DNA from: Camelus dromedarius
Taxonomy: Eukaryota
DNA: 64,000 nucleotides
Direction: 5' to 3'
NCBI RefSeq assembly: GCF_036321535.1
Contig: NC_087436.1
Coordinates: 15,500,001-15,564,000, forward strand
Part shown: piece by piece, positions 26,449 through 38,050 of the stretch
Layout: each line of letters starts with the position of its first letter
How positions within the stretch are numbered: the stretch's first letter is position 1
The notes under the pieces: model-generated
Databases searched by the model: none
Told to the model about the DNA's origin: nothing
Seen by the model: only the letters and a program-made list of their open reading frames with translations
Made by a program: the position numbers and the translations under genes

Positions 26449-27269
26449 GAAGCACATTACATTTTTTTGGCAAGAAACTTCAGATGGTTTCTGTATATTT
26501 CCTACTGCATCAAATTGGGAAGCACGAACTATCTCCTTCTTTCTCTTTTTGTAATGTTAGGATTAATCTGTGGGTTCAGGGGTTATTAGCCTGATCCATC
26601 AATTATAAAGTTCCCCATCAGCCTTTGACCTAATAGTTGTAGCAGTCACTGGTGATCATTCCCTAGATCTGTTATTTCATTTGGGGTAACAAAATGATAA
26701 TACTTTCTTTTTATCATTTCTTCTTCATTTATTAGCTGTAATTCTTCTAAAGGTAAGATTTTTGTTCAAACCATCTATCTGGTTACTCTGAAATATAGGG
26801 TTGGTTTGTTTTTTGTTTTTTGTTTTTTAATAGGAAAAGTAAGATAAATACTTGATAACATGTAATTTTTAAGGTACTGCCAGGATGGACATCCATCTCT
26901 TGACTACAAAGACTACCTTGTCTGTGCTCAATGAGTGTAACTTCTCAAGTGCACTCAACTTAGTCCTCAAATTACCAATTCAAATACTCTGCTTACAAAA
27001 TGAAACCGATTTTTAAAGAATAAAAGCCAGGATCCAACATGACTAAGTCAATTCCATGTCGGTTCTTAGGATTTATGCCCTATCAGATCAGTCCAGAATC
27101 CACAACCAACCCCTTCAAACTAGTCACCCTGAGTCTACCTGATCCTGTTTCACTAATACAACCCATTTTCTCATTCTAGACTCGGTGCCTTTGTTTCAGT
27201 GTTTTGCACACTTGCCTCTCTCCCTGCAACCAGCTAAAGCTGTCCTTTTCCCCCTCAAAGTAAACACAC

Positions 27270-27694
27270 CTCCTGCTCCTGCGTCCAACACCCTCCTTTC
27301 TTCTGAGAATGACCAAATTCCTCTTCTTCATCCTAACTATGTAATTCTAGATGGGGTTGCCAATTACCAAATAATCTGTGCCCCTGGCCACAGGGACAAA
27401 GGTGTCACCCAAGCGAGGCCAACCAGAGCCACTCCTGGGATTTTGAGATGGAGACTAAAAGAAGAAGGTCAGGCGCTCTTTCTGGGTGATCCATGCCAGC
27501 CATGCCTCAGCTGTGGAGAGAAAACTGACTCAGAGAGAAGTAGGGGTAAGAGACAGGGCGTCTTGGTGGTATAGGAGTTTTCAGCTTTGGCTTCCACCAA
27601 AACTTCTCCCATACCTTTGGCCACGTGAGCCAATACATCCCCTTTCCGAACAGTTTACATTTCTATTATTTACAACCAAAGGAATCCTAATACA
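27270..27694 (+). mobile_element. Old MLT1 (MLT1K-like) LTR
   Basis: ccctggccacagggac...acccaagcgaggccaaccagag...ctgggattttg; end tttacaaccaaaggaatcctaataca. Confidence 0.65.
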
Positions 27695-27929
27695 ACCCCC
27701 ATCATGATTCTTGAAGACTATGACCTCAGTGACCTCTACCTTTCTGGTTTCTTGTACTTACTTTCTGTACAAATAACACTTCATCACATGCTGTCCTAAT
27801 TTTTTGTGTGTCAAATACATATGTCACCATCTTCACGGCCTTGCAGACAGATATCTTACCTACCTTTTGAAAGACCCTCCCCAAACAATCTCTAGCATAG
27901 TGCTAATAGAGCTTCAGTACATAAGTAAC

Positions 27930-28135
27930 AACAACCATGTAGTGATTATTACTTCCTTGCTAAGCAGTTTGCACATGTCATGCTCTTGGGACAGGCATTA
28001 TTATCTCCACTTAAAGACAAAGAAGCTAAAGTTCATCATAGGAAAATAATGGCCCAAAGACACACATTTACTAAACAGTAAAGCAGGGATTTGAAACAGA
28101 TTTGCACCCAAATTGCATCCTCTTTCCACCATGCC
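27930..28135 (-). mobile_element. MIR remnant
   Basis: attattatctccacttaaagacaaagaagcta...gggatttgaa. Confidence 0.6.
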
Positions 28136-29429
28136 CATGGTGCCTCCCACAACAATAAATACTTGCAAATTAACTTACCAGGGAGTACACCTGATTGAAG
28201 ACCTCCACTTCACCCCTGACTTTCCACTAACCTGAAAGTGCATGTCCCTCCACTATTAAAAATAGCATTAATACATTAATGTATAAATAAATGAGCTACA
28301 TGAAATAAGGATCTTGAAAAAGTTACAATACAGTTTCTCCAAAATTGCCCCTGGCAGCCTGAAGACTAAATGCTGGCATTTCTCTTAAAGTAATAGCTAA
28401 AAGGAATGAATATTTAAGACCACTCTGCCAGAACAAGTTGTATACAACTCCCCTGGCAGTGATAATTCAAAACAGCAAAAGGAGATTTGTGAGCACCTGT
28501 CAATATGTGACATGACTTCAGCTCTCCAATTGCTCAGAGGAATATTCCGGCGTCATCATTAGACACTAATAGTTATTGAGCACTCCCATGGCTTGGAGGC
28601 AGGAACAGAGGCCTTGAGGAAGAAAATGGCTCCATCTTTGTAGCTCAGCAAGGAGAAAGGCCAGGAGGGCAGCAACAGCAATTTACTGGCGGAGAACCTG
28701 AAAGTCACCTCATCTCTACGTGATCTGCATCCTCAGGACAACTATTTCAGTTCCATGCTTGTGTCTCCAATTCCTGCTGGACAGGTCCACATGGAACTCC
28801 TGCTATTAAAGTAACTTTGAGGCAACAATAGTTTTTCAGCATCTAGCCAAACACTTTCCACTGAAAAGTGTTCCATAAACATGCTGGCGGTTGTCTGTTT
28901 CTTTTTTTCCCTTTCTCATCTTTACCACTTTGCTTGAGGACCTTATATCATATATACACACTCTTCTGGGAAATACAATGATTGTTCCTGGAAGGCCAGA
29001 AGATGCTGTCGAAGAAGCAAGTTCCTTATACACAATTTGGCACTGGGTACGCCCAGCACACACTGATGAATGGCTGCATCCCCTGGTGGGACAAGACTGC
29101 TAACTTGCATGCTATGGTGAAAGACAGACCCTAAAGAATTCATTGTTGTCACAGACTCAGAAAAACTGCCAACGAGACGGTACACGGCATCCTGCCTTAT
29201 AAACCATGAACAGTCAAGGGACTCTAAATTACTCCTGCTACTGACGTGGCTATTACAAAGGCACAGACCCAGGGAAGAGGTAGTTGTGTGGTTTGAAAGA
29301 ATTATAGTCCAGATAGAAGGGATCTTCAGTAACAAGAAGGAAAAAAGAAAGAGAGGTCCCAGAGGATGCATCAGAAAGCCTAGACAACAAGGAGATGTGG
29401 GGGTGAATGGTTTCAAGTCAGCAAACTCC

Positions 29430-29665
29430 CACTCAATTCAACACACATTTACTGAATGGCAGGCACTGGTCTACGTCTTGGGACATAGAGCCAAAGACAA
29501 TCAAAACTAATTCAGCCAAGACCCCTGCCCTTCCTGGAGCTTTATGTTCTTATTCTGGGAGACAGATGATAAACAACGCACATAAGAAATAAGTAAACTG
29601 TAATATGTTAGAAGACAAGTGCTGGAGAACAGGGTAGGGAGGATGGAAAGTGCAGAGGGTTTGCA
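29430..29665 (-). mobile_element. L2 3' fragment
   Basis: ttcaacacacatttactga...ccctgcccttcctggagctt...gggagacaga. Confidence 0.7.
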
Positions 29666-30689
29666 ATATTCTTAGCTTAAAAGACCCAACAAAGAGCACA
29701 GTGAGGTCAGATTTCCAATGACATGCCTCAAAAACTACATTCAATTGCAGGAAAATGGGGAGAATCATACAGAGCTTGAATGAAATGTGCATAAAATTTG
29801 ACAAATCCAAATTGCCTAGGAACATACAACTCGCTTCCCATATTTCATCTCCTTCACTTTTGTTCAAAATTATTGACACAAATATGCTCCGTAACATATT
29901 TACAGAGGAAGATACGAAACAACTTAGCCTGAGGCAGGGCAATGGAAATTGCAAGAGACAAGAGCAAAGCAGATGGCAGCAAAAACAGTTGCAAACCAGC
30001 ACCTCAGAAAAGGGCCAATTCAACAGAACTTTAAATATGACTCAATTTTTTTCTTAGGAAAAGTTGGCTCTAGGTCAAGGATGATATATAAGTTTCATTT
30101 CTAGTAACAACTCCAAAAAACTGGCAGAGTCTCCCTGGAGCACTGCACTGATAAAGAGTTCTGGGTCCTGTGGGAAATGAGTTAGACATTTCTTCCATGG
30201 GCTGGAGATGGGGGACCGGGCACACATGCCCCACACTTGCCTTCCTTTCCTTGGTAGAGCTGAGTGCTTAAAAAAAAATCAGTAAACACTCCACTACATG
30301 AAGCAAAACCAAGAACACTGGAGGATTTAGAAGTACAGAGGTGGTCTGAGTTCTAATGGAGTTTATAATACATTTGGGAAGAAACACAAATGTATAAAAG
30401 ATAACACTAGAAGGCAGCAAATGACTAAATTCCTAAAATTTCAGTACAGAGATTCGGATGCCAAGAAATTGCTACAGGAAAAGATAACCAAGAAAGGTTT
30501 CACAGAGGACACAGGCTCTGAACTGGGCTTTGAAGAATTCTCATTACTGATATAACTGGAAGGAGGAAGGACTGGTCCCAGCAGAGATGGAGAAAGAGGA
30601 ACAGGTAGGTGTGCTAAGGAATGAGGAACAGGTCAGCATGGCAGCCAGAGCAGAAGACCTGCTCGGGGCACCAGAGCATAGATGTCTTG

Positions 30690-31188
30690 AGTATTAGTCA
30701 GGGACCTCTGGACAAACAGAGTCAATAGGAGATATAAATATAAAGGAATTGTGTATATATAGAGAGACGACAGACAGAAGCAGAGGCAGAGAGACAGAAT
30801 TTATGACAAGGAATTGGCCTATGTGATTATGAAGGCTGAGAAAACCCAAGATCTGTAGTCGGTAAACCAGAGAAGTAGGACAGCTGGTAATACAGTTCAA
30901 GTGCAAGTCCAAGTTTAAGGCCAAAGGCAAAGAAGATGGATATCCTAGCTGAAAGACAGGCAGAGAGAACGAATTCTCCCTTACTCAGCCTTTTTGTTCA
31001 ATTCAGGCTTTCAGCGGGTTGAACAAGGCCCACCCATGGCGGGAGGGCAGTTTGCTTTCTTCACTGTACCAATTCAAACATTAATCTCATCCAGAAACAC
31101 CCTCACAGACATACCCAGAATAATCTTTAACCAAGTCTCTGGGCACCCTGTGGCTCAGTCAGTTTGGCACCTAAGTTTAACCATCACA
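30690..31188 (-). mobile_element. MLT2B-like ERVL solo LTR inserted in an L2 remnant
   Basis: gtattagtcaggg...aatctcatccagaaacaccctcacagacatacccagaataa...ttaaccatcaca; 5-bp TSD tcttg / ccttg. Confidence 0.9.
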
Positions 31189-31626
31189 CCTTGAGTTGAG
31201 TCATTACCCAGCAGGCAACAAGGACCATGATCAGTGACATGAGCAAGGCTGTACTTTAGAAAATCAAACTGATTATGGCGTGAAAATGGATTATAGAAGG
31301 AAAAACTAGAAACAAAAACAAGGTCACAAATATTACAATTGCCCACGTGATAGTAAGAGGTGAACCATCAACAACAAACATGTCTAGGATTCTGTCCAAA
31401 GTAAGTTCTCTGCTAGGTGATTAAGATGAGTTACTCTTGTCTCCCTATATTTTACTTTGATGTCAGAATCCAAATGGCGAACTATCAGGAATGGAGAAGC
31501 AAGCTCAGGATTCCAAAGGACAGCCACGAGGATGCAGATGTGGAGATTACCCATGCAGGGAAGGAGGCCAAGCTCAGAGTTTGCTCCGGGCATGCCTACC
31601 CTGCCAGAAGCTCATGGACAGCAGGT

Positions 31627-31684
31627 TGAGTCAGTCAGGCTTGAGTCAGGAAGCCTCATCAAACCGACTCATTTTGTGATTCAC
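31627..31684. promoter_or_regulatory. Candidate AP-1/ETS enhancer motif cluster
   Basis: TGAGTCA at 31627 and 31642, the second overlapping CAGGAAG, plus near-matches cgactca and tgattca within 60 bp. Confidence 0.4.
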
Positions 31685-34604
31685 TGTAGAGAAATAACCA
31701 CTCCCAGGTGGTAAACTAATCCTAAAACATGATCAAGACGTAGGGCTACTTTAAGAGAACAAAAGGCAGGAGGCAACAAAACCAGCCCCCAGACACCTAA
31801 ACACAAGTTCCAAGCTGATTTATCAACAGCAACTGCAGGGTCCACCTTCTGAATCAGACACACAAAGTCCTAAACAGTAACCCAGTGGAGAAGTACAAGG
31901 AGGAAACTGAAAGCTCAAACTTAAATCAAACTGATAAGAAATCAGCAATCACCATTAAGTAAACAGCAAGTTGTTGGGTGTTTCCTGAAGCAAAGCAAGG
32001 TCAGTACACAAAAAAATCAAAACACAAGCACTATATTCAACCTATGAAGTTTCCCTGTTTCCTAAGAAATTCTTATTTTATTAAGAAATTTTTCATATGA
32101 AAAATATCAAGAACCATTTTTCCTAATAAAATAAATATGGGAAGACATCATCTTCATTATGAGGACGCACAAAGTAGTCAAGTTAGATGACCTACTGATG
32201 ATTCTATTTTTAAAGTATGGCTTATATCACTTACGCATAAATACACATGTGTGTCTATTCATATAGGTTGTGTGTGTATGTGTGTGTGTGTACAGACACT
32301 TATACTTATTAGTATATTTTTATACTCATTCTGATGTAATACAAAGAAAATCAGGAATGAACTCCAAGTACAAGTTCCATGAACACAAACAAAACAGAAG
32401 ACACTCATCTTGAGGAATGAAACATAATCCAATTGAATGGTTTTGAACAGAGCTTGGCCTCAACGAAAATATTAATCAACTCTCTAAGATGGCCAATAAA
32501 AAACTTTGCCACAGGAATTCCTGAAATGTTCCTGTTTCAAGGAGCCTGAGTCATGAAATTTTGCCAAAGTATCTTATTTCACATTTTCCACACACAGATG
32601 AGTGAAATCAATTCCTGGGACTTTCTACAGGCGTGAAGATCTTAAAACTGACCCATGACCAACATTTCAACAGAAGTAAACTTAAATACGTGAAGAGCTA
32701 AAATACACTCACTCTGCACTCTGCAAAACCAAGAGGGTTCACTGAACTCCTTAATGGCATGTCCTAGAATAGTGTTCTTAAGAAAAATTTTTTTAAAAAC
32801 CATGCTCCATAAAAAATAATTAGCAGCTCCTCCAACAACTGCAGGGTATTTTTATAGCTGTTATCAATTACTTTCTTCTCTTGGGGAAAACATTAGAAGC
32901 AAAAACCTGAAATGTGAAGAAATGAGATGAGCTTTAACCTAAAAGCTCAGTGCCTTTTGTTACCATGGGCTCTTGTTTCAGAGTCTGGTCATATATTAAT
33001 AATTTCTACCTTCAGTCTGATACATTCAAAAAGAAAAAAGCTATTAATATAATTTAAAATCTAGGGACACTATTAGGGAAAACGTATAAACTAGAAAAGT
33101 TTAACATTTTCATATCTGACTCTTTCATAAAACTTTCCTACACAAAACACTTACACAAATGTACAAAGATATACTTTATTTTTTCTTAACAAAGATACAC
33201 TTTAAAAGATGTTCTCTAAAGCACTGTTCTTACTGTGGAAAAGTGAGGAACAACCCAAATTTCTAACAATAGGAAATTGTTCAAATAACCTGTGATGCAA
33301 TACTATACTGCCAGAATGCTCTGAATGTATGCTCATGCATACACTCTTAAGTTACTATGTTAAAAATAAAAACCAGTTGAAAGTTGTTTCATATTACCCC
33401 ACTTGTCATTACAATCACAATAACAAATATATTTTAGTATAGGGAAATTTGGGAGAAGAAACATATACCTATTTACAGCAGTTTCTCTAGAATACAAGCT
33501 TACAGTGCACTTTAACTTTCAACATTACATATTTAAATGTTGAATATGAATATGTTTTGTGTGTATAATCAGAAAAAATAAAGTTTTTTTATATGTTTTA
33601 ATTTATATTCATTTTTAGAAATACATTGTTTTTGGTTTTTAGATAAAACATGAAACAGACAAAATTCCCTGTACAATACAAAAAAATCAACCCACTGTTG
33701 GCCAAAACTTAGCTATCTATTTACATATACAGATAACTCTCTGTAAAAATAAATTCTTCAAGGCTAAACCAACTATGTTTAATTTGCTCCTACCATAGGA
33801 AAGTATTATTATCCAGTTTTGATGAAAGTGTCTCAAAATATTACTATATGGAATCAAGAATTTTATTCAGCTTTGAAGTTACATATCATGATTATTCTAA
33901 GGGAAAAGATAGGATTCATATCATAATTAAGTAAATAATATAAAAATGCTAAATCCTATACCTGAAAGTTATCTTTTCATTATCTAGAAAAATAAACTTT
34001 TATTTTAAGTTAGTGATATAATTAGAAGGGAAGTAGGAGAAAATCTTATGTATAAAGAAAAGGGAAAACAGGGTGTTAGAAACTGTTCTGTTATAGCTCT
34101 AAAATATCATCTACCTCTACCTCTCCTTTGGAAGACAGTTGTTTCCTTATTCTCAGAACTTCAAAATTAAGCAATACATATGGATATTGGAAAGGCCCCC
34201 TAGCATCTCCCGTTACTAATAGCTTCTAGGGATAAAAGTTTAGCCCAAACTCCAGTAGTATCATATTCAACGGAGCAACACTGTCAATTCCTGAAAATTG
34301 TTGCAGACAAACTGCCAAGTGTCTCTAATTCTAATTTTAAAATACTGCAGAATTAATCTCCAAAAGAAGTATAGATCCTGCAAACTCTGAAACGATTTGA
34401 AGCATTTTCATAGTGGAAACTCAAGGAATTAGAGATAACTTACTGCTTTTGATTCCACAGTCCTGCAACCATTTCAAACATTATAAAAACCAGATAAAGG
34501 AGAAGACAGAAGTGCCTGGAAAGGTAACTGAGGAATCACAAGCATGGGGGAAATTTTGACCTGCCTGGGGAAAGGCGTGAACTTGCGCTGGGAGAGGTTT
34601 GTCT

Positions 34605-34720
34605 CCACAGTCATGTAACCTTGGTGAAACAAACTCCTATCCCTCAATTTTCTCACCTCCAAAATGAGAAAACTGGGAATTAACAATCTCTGTGATCCCT
34701 TTCGGCTCTAAAATTTTGAA
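34605..34720 (+). mobile_element. MIR3-like remnant
   Basis: cctcaattttctcacctccaaaatgag...atctctgtgatccctttcggctctaaaatt. Confidence 0.6.
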
Positions 34721-35214
34721 AATGAATCTTTATCCTTGCCAAAAGATATCTAAAAACATAATAATAATATATGTATAAATAGTATCAAATATATGGTATA
34801 AGGTTAAAAGGTATCTGGCCAAAAACAGCAGACTCCTGCCTAGCTCTTCCTCACCCTTGAGTTCCATTCCCCAAAAGATGCTCCTTCAACTCTTTTAGAT
34901 GTTTCTTCCTATAATTACTTCCATATTTGTAAATCACATACTTGAATTACTATTTTCTGATTCCCTCCCCTCCAGTTTAGACCCTACCAAAAGTTCCTTC
35001 AACAACTGGGGCATTTATTCACCCATCCCACCTCCAGGGGAGCAGCTACACTGTTGAAATGGGAAGGATATAAAGATTACATGCACATACATACATGTAT
35101 ATAAGTACATGTTTATATACGGTCCTGTCCCCAGTGAGCACACATTTTGATAAATGAGAAATAAGATCCCATTTCACAACCAAATACTTCACAAAATGCA
35201 GAAGAGAAAAAATT

Positions 35215-35450
35215 AAAAGCCTGGCCTCTAAATCAGAAATCCTGCATTGGGGTCTGAGTCCACCATATATAGGAACAAAGTATGCACCTGAAAGTTCCTT
35301 ATTTTCTCTGAATCTCATCTGCTTTCCTCATGTGTAATCCGAATATAATAGCACCAGCTATGAAATGGTTAAATCACAAAGCACAAATGTGGTACCCGTG
35401 AAAGTACTTTGATGCTCATAAAGCACTATAAACATGTGACCTTCTGTTAT
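35215..35450 (+). mobile_element. MIR remnant
   Basis: ttctctgaatctc...tttcctcatgtgtaa...gtgaaagtactttg...aaagcactataaa. Confidence 0.55.
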
Positions 35451-37619
35451 TGTCTTCACTAAGAGATCCCTATAAATGAAGTTATTGGTCACTCTTGAGC
35501 ACTGTTCTCGTACGTAGGCTTAAAAACTAAGAGTTGGAAGTCGCTGAGTATAAGAGTGAAATAGCTGTAAATTGTGACCCAAGGCCAGAATCTGAGGGTC
35601 CAGCTTTTCAAAGGGCTTATGCATTGCCCTATGAGACAAATATACATAGAATAAAGATCAAGCATCTAAGTAAAGATCAGAGAAAGCAATTCTGTTTTAT
35701 ATTTGCAGAGAGAGGAAGCTTCCTTATCATGTTTTCATTTTTAAACTAATACAAGAAATAATTTCAAAAGTCACTCCTCAGGCAACTCTTCCTTGCTGCT
35801 TCTAATACGTACCTCTCTATTTCTACATAATTTGTACATCTGCTTTTTGATTTGCAGACACAATCTACTGACTTCCTATCACGGTAGAAATAACTTTGCA
35901 AAGAAAGTGTTTTGAACCAAACAGGGTAAGTTATTGCGAAGAACTGTCCAGCAACGCATTACTGACACTGTGCTAAAACAGCCCTTTCATTTCTGGTCTT
36001 CAAAGGCCTACATTAAAAGTGATACAACCATAGGGTCTCTATTTAGAGGTAAGAAGGAAGCTAGCTAGGCAGTTGGGCCAAGATTATTAGACCATTCTAA
36101 ACCTCTCTCTGAACCTAGTTCAGTGACACTCAGTTTCTCTTGCCGTTTCCACCTGCCCCACACAGTTTAATCCTGTTCCTAAAACTACAGGACAAATGAT
36201 AAATGGGACCCCAAACATAATTTATTTCAAGACAGGCATAGGCACAATTCTTACGAGCTCTGTGAAAAGGGAGTAACTGGAACTATAAGAAACCAGCCGT
36301 TAATTATCAGAAAAGTTACCTAAAGCCAACAAGTATGCTGCATTAAAGTAATTTATGGACTGAATCTCCTGCTCAGTTTCTGTCCAGAGAAGACCACTAA
36401 AGTTCTCCCAATGCAGACTTCGGTTGTGGTTTGGGCAGTTTCAGGGAAAACATTCTGTCCAGTGCCAGGTGTACAAGTGAACTTGAGGTCAGGCAGGTGA
36501 TGCTGCCAACCAGGCATGGTACATTAAGGAGAGGAAATCTTTTCTCTCACTAATCAACAGGATAAAGGTGATTATGCAGGAATTATTTTTCAATGACCTA
36601 CATAATTTCATCAGGGCTGCTATGGCTATTAGCAGAGAGCAGCTGACTTCCTAATGAGATGAATTTGATAGCAGGACCCTTCCAGAGAAGTCAGGGAGTG
36701 GGTTCAATCCACAGGGAAGCAACAACTGGTATTCATTGTTTACTGTTACTCCTCACAGCTGTCTCTCCTCTGTTTGAGGGTCCTTCCTTCCACAGGGAAT
36801 ATTCCCCACACCTGGATGGCTAACGCTGCAGCATCTGCTGACTGGTGGAAGCCGGGTCTTTTAAGAATGGATGGATCCAAGTGGGTGGGACAGAGCTGAG
36901 CTAATTCATCAGACTTGCCCACGTGATTCGCAAAGTCCCAAGCAAACAAGGCTACCGCTGCCACCGACACCTCGCTCTGGCCGGACTTGAAATAGGACAG
37001 CAGCTAGTTCCACTCCTTAGCACAAATGGAATTAACAAGGGACCTTTGTTAAGATTGGAGTCGGCCACACACACCCCATCATCATCATCAGTAACAACCA
37101 CCACGACTCGAACGCAGTTTCATTGGAGAACTCGATGACACTGAGCAAGAGGCACTCCGCAAGTAAGTCCTCACAACAGAAAAGTGCTGCAAACCTCAGA
37201 GTGGCATTGCCTCTGTCTCTTGTGTAAAACAGAGGTTCTGAGAGGGAAAACTGAGCCCCACATCTCTTCTCCTTGGCCTGTTCCTCCCGTAGGTTCCCGG
37301 CTCTCTAGCTCCAGGAACCAACGAAAGGGGTGGAGGGCCCTGGTGCCATCCTCCTCCGTCAAAACAAGCTGGCTCTCCCCCGGGATCAGTCACCAAGTAA
37401 CGCCCGGTTCCGCAGCTCTGGGAGCCACCTCCTCCCGCCCGTGCCTCGGCCTGACACACTGATCTTGTTTGAGGTACTCCCAGCGGGGCCCCCATCCCAA
37501 TTCCTGCTCCTCCCGCGCAGTCCGAGAATGCAGGGAAGGGACACTTCTCTCACCCCTCCCTTGACCCCTAAAATAAAAGAATGCCTCAGGCGCAAATCTC
37601 AGATCCGCATACCACCTAC

Positions 37620-37800
37620 CTGTCAGCGGCCGCGGCTCCTCCTCGCCGCGCGGTGCCGGACTCTCTAGGACTGTCCGGGAACAATCCAGAAAGTTTGTGC
37701 CGCGGTCCTGGGGACCGCCACCCGCGCTGGCTACCTCGAGGAAGGGGCAGCGGGCTCCTCGCCGGGTCCCAACAGTCCGCTCCGCGCCCTGGCCGGCGGC
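37620..37800 (-). other. Candidate non-coding first exon B of an unidentified gene; 5' boundary uncertain
   Basis: Strong minus-strand donor GACAG|GTAGGT (GT at 37619-37618) inside the CpG island. Confidence 0.5.
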
Positions 37801-37921
37801 CGCTCGCAGGTCTCGGCCTGGCTCCTTCCCGCCCAGCTCCAACTCAACAGCCGGGCCGGGAAGAAAGTAGGAGGCTGGAGAAGGTCCGAGCGCAACTTTC
37901 TGACGGCGCGTCAGCGGGTAC

Positions 37922-38050
37922 CTGAGCCGCGCGGCTCCCGGGCGTCCCTCTCCCGCCGGTCTCTCCCTCCCTACCCCGCGCCCTCGGGAACTCGGGCGGG
38001 GCCCGAGCCGGGGCGGGGCCCAACCTGCCCAGCCGGCCCAGGGGAGCGCG
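37922..38050 (-). other. Candidate non-coding first exon A of an unidentified gene; 5' boundary uncertain
   Basis: Minus-strand donor CTCAG|GTACCC (GT at 37921-37920) just downstream of the GC-box cluster. Confidence 0.45.

Larger units (their letters stand above)
24425..26790 (-). mobile_element. L1MC-like 3' region hosting three nested insertions
   Basis: ttttattcagaaagtttcaacacatacaaagtagagaga; ttgtcctatagaaatttctacattctggatttggctg; ttttttggcaaga. The pieces resume on either side of each insertion. Confidence 0.7.

Noticed and set aside
28836..30057. Cluster of 100-157 aa ORFs
   Set aside because: No recognisable homology or splice structure, and partial overlap with L2; consistent with chance.
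35920..37170. Plus-strand donor-like sites (AGG|GTAAGT 35926, GAG|GTAAGA about 36049, CAA|GTAAGT 37163) suggesting an antisense lncRNA
   Set aside because: No matching acceptors or promoter could be supported, and such motifs occur often by chance in 64 kb.
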